A stretch of DNA of 64,000 nucleotides. Origin: the human T2T-CHM13v2.0 reference genome, Homo sapiens. Both the position numbers and the translations under genes were made by a program. The notes beneath the pieces were generated by a model. The model was not told the DNA's origin. It saw nothing but the letters and a program-made list of their open reading frames with translations, and made no database searches. Position 1 is the stretch's first letter. Every line of letters begins with the position of its first letter. Where the stretch lies: the NCBI RefSeq assembly GCF_009914755.1, contig NC_060944.1; one strand, given 5' to 3'. This document shows positions 28,411 to 42,782 of this stretch, piece after piece.

Positions 28411-31400
28411 CAATGTTCCAGAGATTATTGACTTTGAAGGTACATCACTCTGAATCAGGATTTTTCATCTTAGGGAAGGGAAGATTCAGATGAGACCTAT
28501 TTTTTGCCTTTAGATAGATAAAGGGCCATTGTGGAAGGTGGAGTAGATTTGGTCCCTTTAATTTCAAAGCTCAGAGCTGTATCACTGGGTAGAAGTGACA
28601 GGGGGTAGATTAGGAATCAACACAGGAAACGTTTGAATGTGGAAGAGCTAATCAGCTAAGGCTAAAGCCCAGACCCTTTCAATGCGGCATCATGTTAGAG
28701 AGAGGATGAGGTCATTATGGTTCCAAAGTCCTGCATCAGAGTCAGCCCTTCATTTTACCTGCTTACTCTGTCTCTGTTCTCATCTCCTTGGCTTCCTGGA
28801 TGCACAACTAAGCCCTGAGGACCTCATGTCTACAGGATGCTGACCTTTTTCTCTGACGTCATCTTTTACCTCAACTTGGTTCCCCTTAATTCCAGTAATA
28901 CTCATACTCTTGGTGAGAGAAATTATCCCTATTATCTTTAGAGCCATGAGACTCCCATGCAGTCCATTCCCACCCCCTCACCCTGACCCTCCCCATGTTA
29001 CCCACAAAGGCAGGGGAATGTGTCATCAACAAGGACAAGAGCTGGCTGGAACATCCTGTGCTCCCCACAAAGCAGAAGGGACGACAAGACTTCTTATGCC
29101 CCTTTTGATGTCGAGATGCTATGGTTTTATGAGTCTAGTCAAAAGCATTGGGTTTCACATTGGAAATATGCAAGCTTGCGTCTAGATGCCATCACTAATG
29201 GGTTGTGTGACCTTGATCAAACCTGTTAACCGCAATGTGATTTGATATTCTCATTTATGAAATAATTAGAAAATGCCAAGTTCACACTGGGATTTTCTAA
29301 GAATCAAATGTAATAATGGAGGGAAAAATGCTTGATAAACTCTTGAGGAACTGTTCACATATGGGGCACAGTGATGATGTGACCTTAGCACTGGATCCAG
29401 GGTAGCACTAGGGTTTTTTGTGTCTATGAACTGTAGGTCATAGAGGCTGAGGCAATGCCTCCTTGTAACCTGCTACCTAAGTTCATCCGATCCTCAGGAT
29501 AAAGGCAGAGCCCCTAGAGTGATTCACTTAACTTTCCTCATATAGGCAAGGCCCATATCAGGCTTGCATCTGGATGACTTAATGGCAGCAATAACATAAT
29601 TTGGCAACAAGGGACTGGCAATTAATGATTAATGATTCATTCTGAAGTGCTCTCACTGGTGACAGGCCCAATTCTAGAGCTTTACTTCAGAGAATTTTCC
29701 TTGTAAAGATATGGAGCAAAAATAGGAGTCACAGATAAAGAACATTTAATTGCAATTGATAAAACCAAGTAAATCCCAATGGATGCATAACCCATGCTGG
29801 TGATCATTGCTGACGATAAAGAAAGCAACCCGGCTCTCAGGGACACTATTCCTAAAAACTGCACTCTTTAAAACATACAGTTGTTTCTCAGCTATCCAAG
29901 GGCATATTATCCCCAGTGTGGCTTATCAGAGGCAAATCTTACTTTGCTGGCAGTTTACCCCAGTCTACTGAATGGCTTCTTTTGTTGAAGAGTTTCTCTG
30001 GCTTTGTATGTATCTGGCACCCAGTAGGGAAAACCTTTGAAACCCTGACTCTAAGCTGGTACTTCTACGTCAGGGAAGGTTTTAAGCATTACAGGCATCT
30101 CTGATTATGGGGGTTTTGCCAAGAGGAGATAATAGGGAAAAGATGAAGATGCTGGGCAACTTTCTGGCTCTTCTCAAGTCAGGTAAGCACCATAAACCTT
30201 CTTGATTTTGCTGGAAACAAATTCTCAGAATAGCAGATTATTTTTAAGATGGAATTAAAGTCCAAGACAGAAAAGAAGTTGGCAGGAGAGCATCTGGATA
30301 CTTCATTAGATTCAAGCCTCTAGACTTTACAAATTGCATCCCAAGGCATTGAGAATATTTGTAATTGTGATCATGAACTACTTTGGCAGTCTTTGAGGAC
30401 TGAAATTGTAGCAAACAGGAGGGGTGCGAGAAGCCTGGGGAGAAACAAATGCTGTTGCTGACTTTTTTTAAAAATGAAAAAAAAAATGTATTTCAGATAC
30501 TTTACGCTAGTGTGATGTTGATACAGGAAAAAAAAATAGACTAGATGATTAAATCAGGTTCCCCCCACCCCCACCCTTACCACTTAAAAAAGGAAGAAAT
30601 AATCACCAGAAACCAGCACAGCCTCACATCAGACAGCATTCAACCAGGGAAAAGGAAACCACTCCTAACTTTTAAAACAGAGCAAATTTACTAGAAAATT
30701 AGTACACAGGGATTAGGAGACAATGCTGGGGAAACTCAGAGGGTGGTAGTATCAGGAAGCCACTACCCAGCCCAGACTGGAGAAACAAAAAGAGATGGTG
30801 GAGTTCTCAAAGCCCAGAAGTAAGGATCACCCAACAGAAGTGGAACTCTGGTAGACCCATCTGGAGACCTGAAGCCATGGAGTCACCGCCAAAGAAGGGG
30901 CCTGAGCCCAAGAGAAAGAAGGCTCCTCCCTTCCTCCAGCTTTACCATCTCTTATTAAAGTCTCCCATTAGCCAAATCCAGAAGCCAGTAGGCATGCGGG
31001 TCCCATGCAGGGGTCACCTACATGCCCAGGAGCATAGGGCAACAGTAAAGGATGGTTGTGACACCAAATGGGCCAAGGACAAGCATGGGCTTCTTATAAA
31101 CAAGTGATGCTAGCCTCACCTCTCTTTGCCACTTTCGAGGGGTGTGTGGGCTTGTAAGTCAGGGAGAATGTCCAGAACTGCAGCTTGATTTTAGCCAAGT
31201 CAAGGCCAACATGGAGAAACTGTGGCTGACTTTCAGGACAGCCGGGTGTGAAACTGAGTTCTTCCAGAAGATGGAAACAGAAGGGTCAAGATATCTGACC
31301 ACATGCAAAGTGCTAACAATGAACAATAAAGAGGTAACACATCTAGGGCTTTTACTACAATCCAGGCTGCCGTTTTAAACCCTTCACATATATTCTCTCT

Positions 31401-31420
31401 TTTAATCTTCACTGCCCTAT

Positions 31421-31845
31421 CACTATGGTTTGGATCTGTGTCTGCACCCAAACCTCATGTCAAAATGTAACCTCCAGTGTTGGAGGTGGGGCCTGGTAGG
31501 AGGTGGTTGGATCCCTCATGAACGGTTTAGCACCATCCCCTTTGGTACTGTCCTCATGACAGTGAGTGAGTTCTCGTGAGATCTGGTCATTTAAAAGTGT
31601 GTAGCACCTCCCCCCACCCCCCCCCCCCCCCGCCCACTACTCTCTCTTGATCCTGATCCTGCCATGTAAGATGCCTGCTGCCCCTTTGCCTTCTGTCATG
31701 ATTGGAAGCTTCCTGAGGCCTCCCCAGAAGCAGAAGCTGCTATGCGTCCTCTACAGCCTACAGAACCATGAGCCAATGAAGCCTCTTTTCTTTATAAATT
31801 ACCCAGTCCTGGGTATTTATAGCAATGTGGGAATGAACTAATACA
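31421..31845 (+). mobile_element. MST-family (MaLR) solo LTR inserted into a MIR
   Basis: ctatggtttggatctgtgtc...tttctttataaattacccagtc...gaactaataca. Perfect 5-bp TSD cctat at 31416-31420 and 31846-31850. Confidence 0.93.
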
Positions 31846-34800
31846 CCTATGAAGCAGGTTCCATCATTATACCTATTTCTGAGATGTGGGAACAGCCTCT
31901 GAGAGACTAAGTAATGGTAGCAAGCAGGAGAGCTGGGACATAGGCCCTGGCAGTCTAGCACAGAGATTATTCTCTTTAACCTATCGTACTACTCTGTCAC
32001 CTCTCTAATAAATAGGGGGAGAGACCGTTCAGCAGAGAAATGTGTTTGTCTTTTCTCAAATATCTGGAAGAAAGAAGCAGACACGTATTTAGATCTAGAA
32101 TCTTCCATTGACCAGCCAGATTAAAATATCTTTGTATTGATGCCTGTCTCTGCCGGGTTTGCCACCCACTCTATCATGCAGTTCTATTTCATGCATCTTT
32201 CTTGAAGATTATCTCCTCTCATGCCCTCGCACCCACGTATCCTATTCTAATATCTAAGGGATTGATGAACATGTCATGTGAACCTTGTTACATGAGCCAA
32301 ATTATACAGACTTTGCTCAAATGATATTTAAACTTGACCTTTTTAACTTAAGTTCCCTCATCCTTTTCACTTTTCTTGTATATCAACCACCACCTCCAAG
32401 CCTTTCATATGTTGCAGTTAGTTTTATTATAATCGCTGGGCTTTCTATATAATACCTTTATTGATATTTAGCAAACAAACCATCCCATATAATTCCATAG
32501 GGAGACAAGTCTTGTTCAAATTTAGGTGATTTTTTTCTGCTTTGTCTCCAATATTCTTTCTTTGATCTTGCTGTGACTAATTTTTTTAAATTGCTGACTA
32601 CCTCCCCATGCCTCAAAGCAATGCCTCCTTCACCAGATCTGGTTGATAATAGAGCACTTGAGAAGGATTATTTCATCATTCTTCTAAGTGACATCACCTA
32701 GGATGTTTCTCAAGTAATAAATAAATTGCCTCAATTCATCATATGACAGTAATTGCTTTTAGTCACGATTTAACTCAGAGTCAATGTTAAGTAGCTGGAA
32801 AATACCACAGAGATGCAGGGTTTTCAAAGATAGCTCTACCCTTGCTGTGGAAAACCACTTAATAAGTACTGTTAAATGCAAAGAAGATACACATTTCTAA
32901 TACCCCAGACTCCTCAATACTACCCAGTCAGTCCTAAGAAGTTAGAATTGACTTCATCACAGCCTATACAACTAAAACTGCTAAATATTGCTGACAGAAG
33001 TTGCCCTCGTTTTCGGCCTCGAATGGAGGTTAGCACCCTGTGAGACAGGAATAGCTTTAATTGATTGTTTGAAAGCACTCAGGCCACTCAAATAAATTGT
33101 TCCTCAAGTGCTGATTTTGCTTGGTCTCCTGAATCTATGCTTCCAGATAGACCTTGTTTTACACTGTAAATGCTCTGTGTAGGTCAAATTCTAGTTCAGT
33201 CATGTTACACACACCAGGAAAGACGGCTAAATGAGACTCTGATAGAGAACGTCTTCTGGATGTAAGAAAACTCCTTTATTCTATTAAGAAAGTGTCTTTT
33301 TTTTATCCATGGAAATAGAGGAAAACAGACTTATTTATGAGCAGTCATGCCCAACTGATGCCAGACACAGTCATTATTGACACACCCCTTCTATGGCATA
33401 TCCTTTTAAAGGTTTCACCGTTGGTGAGCTGGAAATCCATTTATACCTCCCAATGACCTCAACTACTTTCTGTTGTGCCAAGGAGGCCTAACCTATGAGG
33501 GCTGCCAAGACCCAGCTGGGGTAGAGAGAGGATTCAGTCTGTGGTAAGACTAAGACCTTAAGCTATGACTAGAGTCAGGTATAAGGTTGTCTAAGAAACC
33601 AAGTATAGGGCATACTTTGTAGACTGGGTTAGGTTTCAGACCGCAGTCAAGGTTAATGACCAGGATGTGGCTGAGGTAGGGGTCAAAGCTAAAGCAGAGA
33701 TCAGGAGTCAACTTACGGCTCGGGTTTAGAAGTGTTATGGCAGTCAGTCTGCATCCATGGTGGGGTCAAACTTGCCCACAAGTGTGGCTTAGACTTTATT
33801 CAGAAATAAAATGTAGCCCATGGCCATGAAAATAACTGGACAAAGCCCAGTGACCTCCACATGGACTATATCCATTACCTTGGTCTCATTAGCATCAGTT
33901 CAACCCTTGGCTTCATAGGAATAGTCCTGGACATTGCCTAACCTGAGTGGTGCTAGGATTATAATGATGACAGTGGCTATAGCAAGGTGCTGAGCATGGA
34001 AGGTAATTAGACAACACTACTGTCTTGGAACTCACTACTTAGGGGGAGAGGAAAGTGCAAACTAAAAATCAGAGTTGAGTGATGGGCACCAACACAGAAG
34101 TGTGCACAGGAAAGGGCATGCCCAGCTCTGCTTAAACAAAACTTGATTTCCACGTCATCCATGGTGTGGGACACATCAGGGCATTCCTGTGACCACTCAG
34201 TGGCCTTCTCTTTTCCCTCCCCACCTTGACTCCCTGTGGGCCAGACTGTCCTGCTGATGCGGATGAAGAGGCTGAGTCATCTCAGTGCTGACAGTACTGG
34301 CTCCTTGCTTATAGAATCTGTGCTTTGAGCCTGGAGCTCAGGAGGCTCAAAGCCGCTTAGCTGCTGCAGGCAGGAGCACCCACGGCCTGCACTGGGGATT
34401 AAGGGTTTAGTCTGAAGAACAGATGTAAGAAGAAGAACATAAACTCTTTAGGATGCCCTGCAGCAAAGTGATAGTCCCTTTAGAGTTCTTCAGGCAGCCA
34501 GTATGAGAGAGCTGTGGTCACACTGAACTGACTGTAATTCTTCCTGTGAAGCTCAGAGCAGTCCCAGGGCAGCAATGGGCCAAGGAGAGGCTTCTCAGGA
34601 GCAGCCAGTATAGAGCCAAGTACAAAAGCCAATCAGGGACAGTCTGCAGGTCATGTAATTCCGGGACACTGAGAACAGGTTACCACAGCCTGGCTTGTGA
34701 AGCAAAGCCCAGGCCAGGGCATGACCAGCAAGCAGATGCTGAGACTATTCAAAGGGAGAAGCAGAAACCAAACCAAGAAAGGAAGGTTTAGAGCCACAGA

Positions 34801-34996
34801 GTGGAGACCTGTCTGGGCCAAATGTAGAATACAGTCAACAAGGGGACCTCACTGGGGAGATGGGGTGAGCCAAAGGGATTCTCTGGATGGCAGCTCTTGG
34901 CCAAGGTTTTCTTGAGGTCTGCCCACTTTAAAGGCACAGCCCTTAAAGCTCAACCACTGCCCACTGGCCAGTGCTCAGGATCACTGCATTTCTAAG

Positions 34997-35447
34997 TACA
35001 TTCATTTTCCAGGGCTGTTATTACAAATAACCACAACCCAAGAGGTTTAAGGACAGAAATTTATTCCCTCACAATTCTGGAATCCAGCAGTCCCAAATCA
35101 AGGTGACAGCATGGCCATGGTCCTTCTGAGACTGTGGCAGAACTCTTCTTTGCTTCTTCCTAGCTTCTGCTAGTGGTTGGCAATGCTTGGCATTCCTTGG
35201 CTTATAGATGCATCACTCCAATCACTGCCCCTGTTGTCAATGACTTTCTCCCTATGAGTCTGTCTTTACATGATGTTTTTCTCTTCTTGTAAGGACACCG
35301 GGCATATTGGATTAGTGTCCACCCTTCTGACTTTATCTAAACTAATTACATTTGCAAAGATACTGTTTTTAAATAAGGTTCCACTCACAGGTACTGGGGT
35401 TATTACTTCAACATATCCTTTTGGGGAACACAATTCAACTTCTAAGA
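34997..35447 (-). mobile_element. MLT1B/C-like solo LTR
   Basis: cagaaatttattccctcacaattctgga...aaatcaaggtg...cattccttggcttatagatgcatcactcca...ggggaacacaattcaac. Confidence 0.87.
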
Positions 35448-37166
35448 CCAGGTGAAGCTGAGTCATGACCCACACAGCCTGGGGATGGGCTACAAGCAGG
35501 AGCGGGAGCTCAGCATTTCACTAAATGAAATGCAAACTCTAAAAGGGTTCACAGCCAAATGGACAGGCAGCATGTGGGAAGAGGAATGGGGGCTCCTGCT
35601 TGGTTGTGGACTGAGCAGAACACAAGGCTTCTGGAAGGATAATATGTCTCAGCTTCCTTTGTCTGAACTGCATAGCAGGGTGCACCAGAGGCCGAGGCTC
35701 CCCTAGGCTCATACTCAGAAACATAATTCAATTCTTTCCAACCAACTCTGGCCAAATTGATCCCCTAAGGGGTGACTGTATTACCTGACTTAGAGGGGCA
35801 AGAAAGGGGAGGAGAAGCAAAGATCTGCCCATCTGGGGCAGCTTTGTCCAGATTATGCATCTGCAACATGCCGCTTGCAGCTAGCATCAGAGTGCCTGGA
35901 AAGGAGAGAAGGGGCACGGGAGGAAGCAGGCAATCTATAGGAAGGATTAGTGGAAGCATAAGCAGGATCAGACAGAGGAGCCAGTAAACACGCAGCACAG
36001 AATTTCAGATTAGTGCAACTAACCCGTGCAACGGTAATAAAATGAGCAGCAGCAAGCACGGAATTGATTGTTGAGATTCCAGCCAAATCCACCATGAACA
36101 TGTTTTCTTTCTTCTAGCCTTTGCCCCTTTGCTTTTGAAAGCAGAAACACTGAATCACTGTGTTCTGTATTAAAAGCTGATCTGTTCCCCTCCCCAAAGG
36201 ATGGATGGAAAAGCAGCTCTGCTCTTAGTGGGAGGTGAGGAGGGTAGAAGAAGTGGCCAGTGTGGTTGTAGCAGATGCCACTTGCCACACTGGCACAGAG
36301 TCCTAAGACAGGGTCTTCCCTATGACTGCCCACGATTCCTGCCCCCAGCCCAACCTCTTTTGGGCCAACACCATGAGATCCCAGGCGAGACACTGGGCTC
36401 AGCAAGACCAGCTCCAGCAGATTTGGGGGAGCTCCAAACAAGGGCTCTGAAGACTCAGTCTCTAGGAAGCTTGGCAGGTGAGTCTGCATGGAGTTCAAAT
36501 ACTGGATTGAAAACTAGTGACTCACAATTAGCCCAACAAAATGGTAGATGGTGAGTAGAGTGAGGTGCTTGAACCATCACAGGCTGGAGGCAGAAGTGGG
36601 GATGGGGGTGAGTATACCATGCCTGGCACATGCTCCATCAATGTCAGTCATCTGCTTATTTATTAAATCATTCATGCATGGGGTCAAATGAATGAGCACT
36701 ACAATGTGTGCTAGGCACAGGGAAAGAGTTGATAGAAACCAAACAGCTCCAACAAAACATGCTTATACCTTGTACATATGCCATGTTCAATAGAAAACTT
36801 TGCTTAGGGCGGGGGAGGGGGTTGCAGTTCTTTGTGCCAAGTGGCCCACCCAGTTGACTATCTCTGCATGCAATCTGGAGATAATGGGGGCCAGTAAAGG
36901 TTTTGCAGAGATCAAACTGTCTGAACTTGATCCTAGAGGATGAGTAAGGCAAACCATAGAGGGAGAACATCTCAGCAGAGAGAGGAGAGTGTGAGAAGGC
37001 AAGTACCACTCACATGATCAGTTTGAACGGGTTACAGGATGCTGAGGAGGAAATAAAATTGGAGAGATAAAAAAGGGATAGGCACTAGGTGGTAAATGGC
37101 CTTTGATTCAGGCTAGTTATCCCAAAGCACAAGGGGAGCCCTGGGAGCATTTTAATCAGGATTAGA

Positions 37167-37788
37167 CTCTCTCTCTTTTTTCTTTTCTTTTCTTTTTTTT
37201 GAGACTGGGTCTTGCTTTGTCACCCAGACTGGAGTGCAGTGGCATGAACATGGCTCACTTTAGCCTCAACCTCCTGGGCTCAAGCGATCTTCCCACCTCA
37301 GTTAGGGCCACAGGCATGCGCTGCCATGCCTGGCTTTTTTTTTTTTTTTTTTTTTTTTTTTTGAGACGGAGTCTTGCTCTGTCACCCAGGGTGCAGTGCA
37401 GTGGCATGATCTCGGCTCGCTGCAACCTCCACCTCCCGGCTTCAAGTGATTCTCCTGCCTCAGCCTCCTGAGTACATGGAATTACAGGTGCGTGCCACCA
37501 CACCTGGCTAATTTTTGTATTTTTAGTAGAGACGGGGTTTCACCATGTTGGTCAGGCTGGTCTAGAACTCCTGACCTCATGATCCGCCCACCTTGGCCTC
37601 CCAAAGGGCTGGGATTATAGACATGAGCCACTGCGCCGGGCCTTTTTTTTTTTTTTTAACTTTACTTTCGTAGAGACATGGTCTCACTATATTGCCTAGG
37701 CTGATCTCGAACTCCTGGGCTCAAACAATTCACTGACTCAGCCTCCCAAAGTGCTGGGATTATGGGTGTGGAGCCACCATACCTGGCC
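37167..37788 (-). mobile_element. AluJ split at its central A-rich linker by a younger Alu
   Basis: J-type motif cctcctgggctcaagcgat / ctcctgggctcaaacaat in both arms (about 37200-37334 and 37643-37788). Confidence 0.9.
37335..37642 (-). mobile_element. AluS-type (Sg-like) nested inside the AluJ
   Basis: Long T run plus a full dimer ending gagccactgcgccgggcc. Confidence 0.94.
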
Positions 37789-40782
37789 TGAATCATACTC
37801 TTATTTTTAGATGATCACTCTGGCTTCAGTGGGGAATAAATATTGGAAGGGGATTGATGTAAAGACATGGGGACCCCAATTTGGAATCTGTGACACTAAC
37901 CTTATGAGTCCCAGACATGAGTTGTAGCAGTGAGCAAGAAGGAGACAGAGATTCAGGAGAGATTTCAGAGGCCGTATCTATCAGATTTAGTGATAAATTG
38001 GATACTGAAGATGAGGAAAAAGAGAAGGCAAGGATGATGCTTGGCTTCTGAATCTGAGTTTAATGGCAGTTTGAATGGAAGACTGGAGACTGATTTCTCC
38101 TTGCTTTAAGGAGAATATCCCAGGAGAGAAAAAGGTGCAGTGAGAGCCTCAGTCATATATGCTCCCTGATTAGACATTTGTTTTGAAGAAGCACAAACAT
38201 TAACAATCATCTCCCACAGAACACCCTACAGGGATGTGACAACCCTCTTCTGCATTAAGTCTTTTGATTCAGTGGGGAGACGGGCAACAGAAAATGGCAG
38301 CTCAAATGATGTACCAATAGCCTTGTGTCTGTCAAGCTTTGAGCATCTGTTCTAAGACTGTTGTTAAGGACAGTATCCTAATGCACTTGATCCAAGGCTC
38401 GTCTCCTCCCCCATTCTGTAGTGTCAGCCTTACAGCCATATGAGTAGTTGCCCAGAACAGCTGAGGAGGGTCCTCTGCAATGATCAGCCTGGCTCCTGGA
38501 TGTCACCTGCCCTCGTGGCCTCCAGCTGTAGCTCTTCCCCTAGTCTTCTGGCACAGCCATGACCTTTGTGCACTCCAGAACCAACCAAAGCACTGGTCAA
38601 GGGGAACTAGAGGATGCCCAGGTCAAAGGCTCAGGGATGTCCACATCCTTTCACCTATCTCAGCTCTCAGTCTTGCTCTTGCCTTGGGTCACTGCAGGAG
38701 CTGGGGTTGCTGTGCTGCTGTGCCCAGCCATCCACCTTATATCCTAAAGCTTTGATGAGCCCTGATTCATGACTTCTATTTGGCACTTTAGGTGCCCCAG
38801 GCCTGAGGCCCTGATGGGCTCTTACCTATTTCCTCCACCACTCACGTTTCTCAGAAACCACAGTTCTGGCCCAGTCACCAGTCACAGTCTGGCCCAGATT
38901 CAGTCTGCCTGAATCTTACCAATGGTCAGCTTGCCTGCTGCTCACTCTCTGGACCTCAATTTCCTCATCTGTAAGATGGGTTAAGATCATTATAATGATG
39001 GCACAAGTCTAAGATAATGAAGTTTTTTATCTCATGATTCTTCTCAATAACTGGTCATTTTTAGTATTTCCATTTTGCAGATGAGAAAATGGGGAAACTT
39101 TGGGGCTCAAAGCCTCTCAGATAGTAAATTATGTGGCTTCTGAGACTGTCCTGAACCATCCTGCCATGGTATTTCCCAATGCTGGCTCAGAATGGGTGTT
39201 CTCTAATGTCTATGGGCACAGAGCATGGAGAGTATGATTACAGACTGTCTTGAGAGACCTGGGTTTGAATTCTAGTTTCATCATTTCAGAGTTGAGTGAT
39301 TTTTAATCATCTGACCCTCAGTTTCCTCATCTGTAAACTGTGACTACTAACAGTACTCTATTTGGCAGAGTTGCTGGGAAGTTTAAATGAGTTAATGATG
39401 TGAAACTCAGCACATTCCATAGCATGTAGGAAGTATGTAACATACTTGCTGTTATATTTTTCTTTTCATCGTCTTATTGGACATTCCCAATGCTTTGTCC
39501 CCCAGAGCTGCCCCCTCTCTCCTGACAGGCTGTGCCCCTGCCTCTGCTGCCTGTCTTCGCCTCTCTCCATGAAGCATTTTCCCCTCATGGTGGCTGTTCA
39601 GGTTGGAGCTTCACCCGGTTCTCCTGCCTCTGGTTCCTGTTCTCACACCATCTGTCAACCCCTTCCACTGGGCACATGCTCCCTTGGAGGGTCACTGAAG
39701 CCTCAGGGTGTCCAAGCTCACAGGGCCCAGGGCATGACCCTAGGGAGACTGCTGCCTTGCTTCATCATCTTCTCTTGGCCCACATAGCTTTCTCCCAAAG
39801 GCTCAAACTCCTTCTGCCTGGGTCTGAGTAAAGCTGCCCCTGGGAAAGTTGCTTTAAGGACAGTTGCTAAGAACTCCCAGAGAGTGTATGATGACCTGAA
39901 TCCTGTCACTGTGCCAAGGCCGTGATTTAAAGAATTTCCAGCGAAATAATAAGAGAGAGTTTTAACATGAGGTACACAGGAAATAAAGGAATAATAAGGG
40001 AAGCTGTATCCAATATCTTCTCAAACCTGGAGCTGGGTTGAGAGTGCATCCATTTCTTCTGTTGACCCTCACCATGATTAGGCCTGGCTGTACAGGGACT
40101 CAACTGTACTATTTCACAAATGAAGAAGGTGAGGCTCAGAAAGGCGAAAGGCTGAGTAATTGGCTCAAGGTCCCCAGTTTTAAGGAATGGAGTTTGGGCT
40201 CCAGATGAGGGCTTGTCCCACAGCTCTTTTTTCTGTAGAAAATTGACAATGGGCATGGGGCATGGCCAAGACAATGAAGTCAGATCTGCCACTGGGGATG
40301 ACCTTTAGCACAGCTACTCTGGCCTCCAGACTGGACACTGTCAGTCTCCTCTTGGGCTCAGAAGTCCAGGCCACCCCCTTGAGGCCTGGCTGAACTGCAG
40401 GAGGGATGTGAAAAGAGGCCTTCTTTCTGCACTGGTGGGCCTGGGGAAGACTGAGTTCTCTTAATGTTAATTAACTGGTCACTTCTCTACTGCAGCCTCC
40501 AGTCAGCTCACTGCAGAAAAGTGCCCAATCCTGGCCAGAAGAGGATTTTACCTTATTTTTCTCAATATAAACATTCCTGACCTCTACCCACTAGGTGACT
40601 ATAGCCCCTCGCACCCAGCTGTGACAACCAAATACATCTCCAGATTTTGCCAAACGTCCCCTAGTCCTAGAGAGCAACAAGGAATAAAAGGAACTGAATA
40701 TTTACTGAGCCTCTTCTCTACACATACATTTCTATTCACCAACTAGGGACAAAGATGACCCTAGATGTGTTACCTCTTGATC

Positions 40783-41505
40783 TGCACTGCCCACAATGGT
40801 AGTCACCAAGTCACGTACTTAGAGCACTTGAAAGGTGGCTGGTGTAACTGAGGAACTGAATTTAAAAATTTATTTTATTGAAGTGTTCTATGTGTAAAAT
40901 ACACACCAAAGACTTAGTACAAAAAAAGAATGTAAAATATCTTTCATCTGTTGTTTTCTTTAATTTTGCTGCATATAATAATAATAATATTTTGGATATA
41001 CCAGATGATTGTGAACCTAAGATAGGTGGGCTTAAGATTCTTTGACTTTACAATGCTGCTGAGAAAGTAATACCTGTTCAGCAGAGACTACACTTTAAGT
41101 ACCAGTGCAAACATTCTGCTTTTCACTTTCAGTACAGTATTCCATAAATTACATGAGATACTCAACACTTTAATATAAAATAGGCTTTGTGTTAAATGAT
41201 TTTGCCCAACTTCAGGCTAATGTAAGTGTTTTGAGCATGGCACATTTAAAGTAGGCTAGGTTAAGCTATGATGTTCCGTAGGTTAATTGTATTAAGTGCA
41301 TTTTCAACTTACAACATTTTCAACTTATGGTACATTTATTGGGACATAACCCCATCATAAGTTGAGAAGGATCCGTATTGAGTTAGATACATTATATTAT
41401 TAAAATTAGCTTCACCTGTTTCTTTTTACTTTTCTCACGTGACTCTAAGAAATTTAAAATTACATACAATATTCAAATTCTATTTCTATTAAACAGTATG
41501 GCTCT
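40783..41505. mobile_element. MER33-like hAT-Charlie element interrupted by MER47A
   Basis: gagcacttgaaaggtggct...tattttggatata [insert] ttgagttag...aaatttaaaattacata...tttctattaaacagt. Confidence 0.75.
41001..41375 (-). mobile_element. MER47A/Tigger5-like Tc1-mariner element
   Basis: Terminal gggacataaccccatcataagttgagaaggatccg resembles the Tigger5 TIR region. TA on both sides. Confidence 0.8.
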
Positions 41506-41514
41506 GGAGGTTTA

Positions 41515-41732
41515 TAACAGAGGATGATTTTTGTCTCCATGGCACATTTGGGAATGTCTGGAGATGTACTTGGTTGTTACAATTGGGGTTGACGTGCTGC
41601 TGGCATCCAGTGGGGAGAGGCAGGGTTGTTGCTAAGCATCCTACAGTGCACAGGACAGCCCCCTGCCACCGGCCCCCAACAAAGAACTATCTGGCCCCAG
41701 ACATCCATGGTGCTGGGGTTGAGCAATCTTGC
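41515..41732. mobile_element. MER20 hAT MITE (a second partial copy lies in the opposite orientation at about 40572-40665)
   Basis: aatgtctggaga...ttggttgttacaattgggg...ctggcatccagtggggagaggcaggg...tgctaagcatcctacagtgcacaggacagcccc. Confidence 0.88.
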
Positions 41733-42782
41733 CATAGAGAATGAATTCCTTGAAGGATTAGCCAATAAATTAGGAAGACCTGAAGAACTAATTGGACCTA
41801 GATGGGCAAAGAAGTTAAAGCTTTTATTGCACTTAGTTCTCATGATTACCTATGACTGTGGCTATTCATATTTCAATTTCTCCAAATAAAAATAATGAAG
41901 TCTGGAAAAGAAAAATAAATTATCCAGGATCACCAGCCCAGAAGGTGGCATTGCTGAGAGCTGAACTCAGCCTCCACTCACTCCGAATGCCAGCCTGTCC
42001 CTGCTACATAATGTGGTCCTGCAGCTCTCTGAGTTGGTGCTGATATGAAAAGAGGCTCCTGTGCTTAAAGTCTAATATCCCCATCACTCAGACCCAGGCA
42101 GTTATTATTTACATCAGCCATTATTGCTACCAGGGGACGAACATTAACAAAAACACCCTTTGAAAGGGATGGCACTCACAGGCACCTCACCCATCAAATG
42201 AGGTTGAGAAACGTGTGGAAATAAATGGATCACAATGAAATAAACCTGTCAGAGGAGGAACATTCAGACGCCTTAGAAGACAAGAGGTAAGAACAAAAGC
42301 ACCTGATATGGGACTGGCTCTGTTTAAAGAAAATATTATCTGACTGCTCGACTGGAATAGAGCCTAGAGAACAATGGCCCAGCAGAAACGGAACAGCTCG
42401 CACACACTCTGGAGAAGTATTGTTTCTCTGTAAATTGGTGGTGTGCACAGTGACGAGAGTCACTTTTCTCCCACTGTCCATCTGCAACTCCCACCTCCCT
42501 TTGGGAAGGGCCTCTGATAAGGTAGGGCTGGGGACTGATTTCAGTAAAGACCTACTATGTGCTGCAACTGCACACAACATTCCTAGCATTTTCTAATGGA
42601 ATTTTTAATATGACTGCATGAAGCACATATGATAATTAGTTTTGCACGTGAAATAAGGCTATGCAACTTGCTTAAGGTAATCTAACAGGGAGTGGCTGAG
42701 ATGAAATTCCTGTGGTGTTGGCAGTGACACACTGGAGTACAGGTGTCCATGGCAGTACAAAGGCAGAGATAAAACTTGCCCA

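Noticed and set aside
30300-30640. Possible CR1/L3 ORF2 relics (also about 58300-58720 and 59170-59350)
   Set aside because: Resemblance is plausible but too decayed to set boundaries without a profile search.
36019-36554. Longest ORFs in unique-looking sequence (159 aa minus, 117 aa plus)
   Set aside because: No recognisable domain, and the lengths are expected by chance in GC-richer intron.
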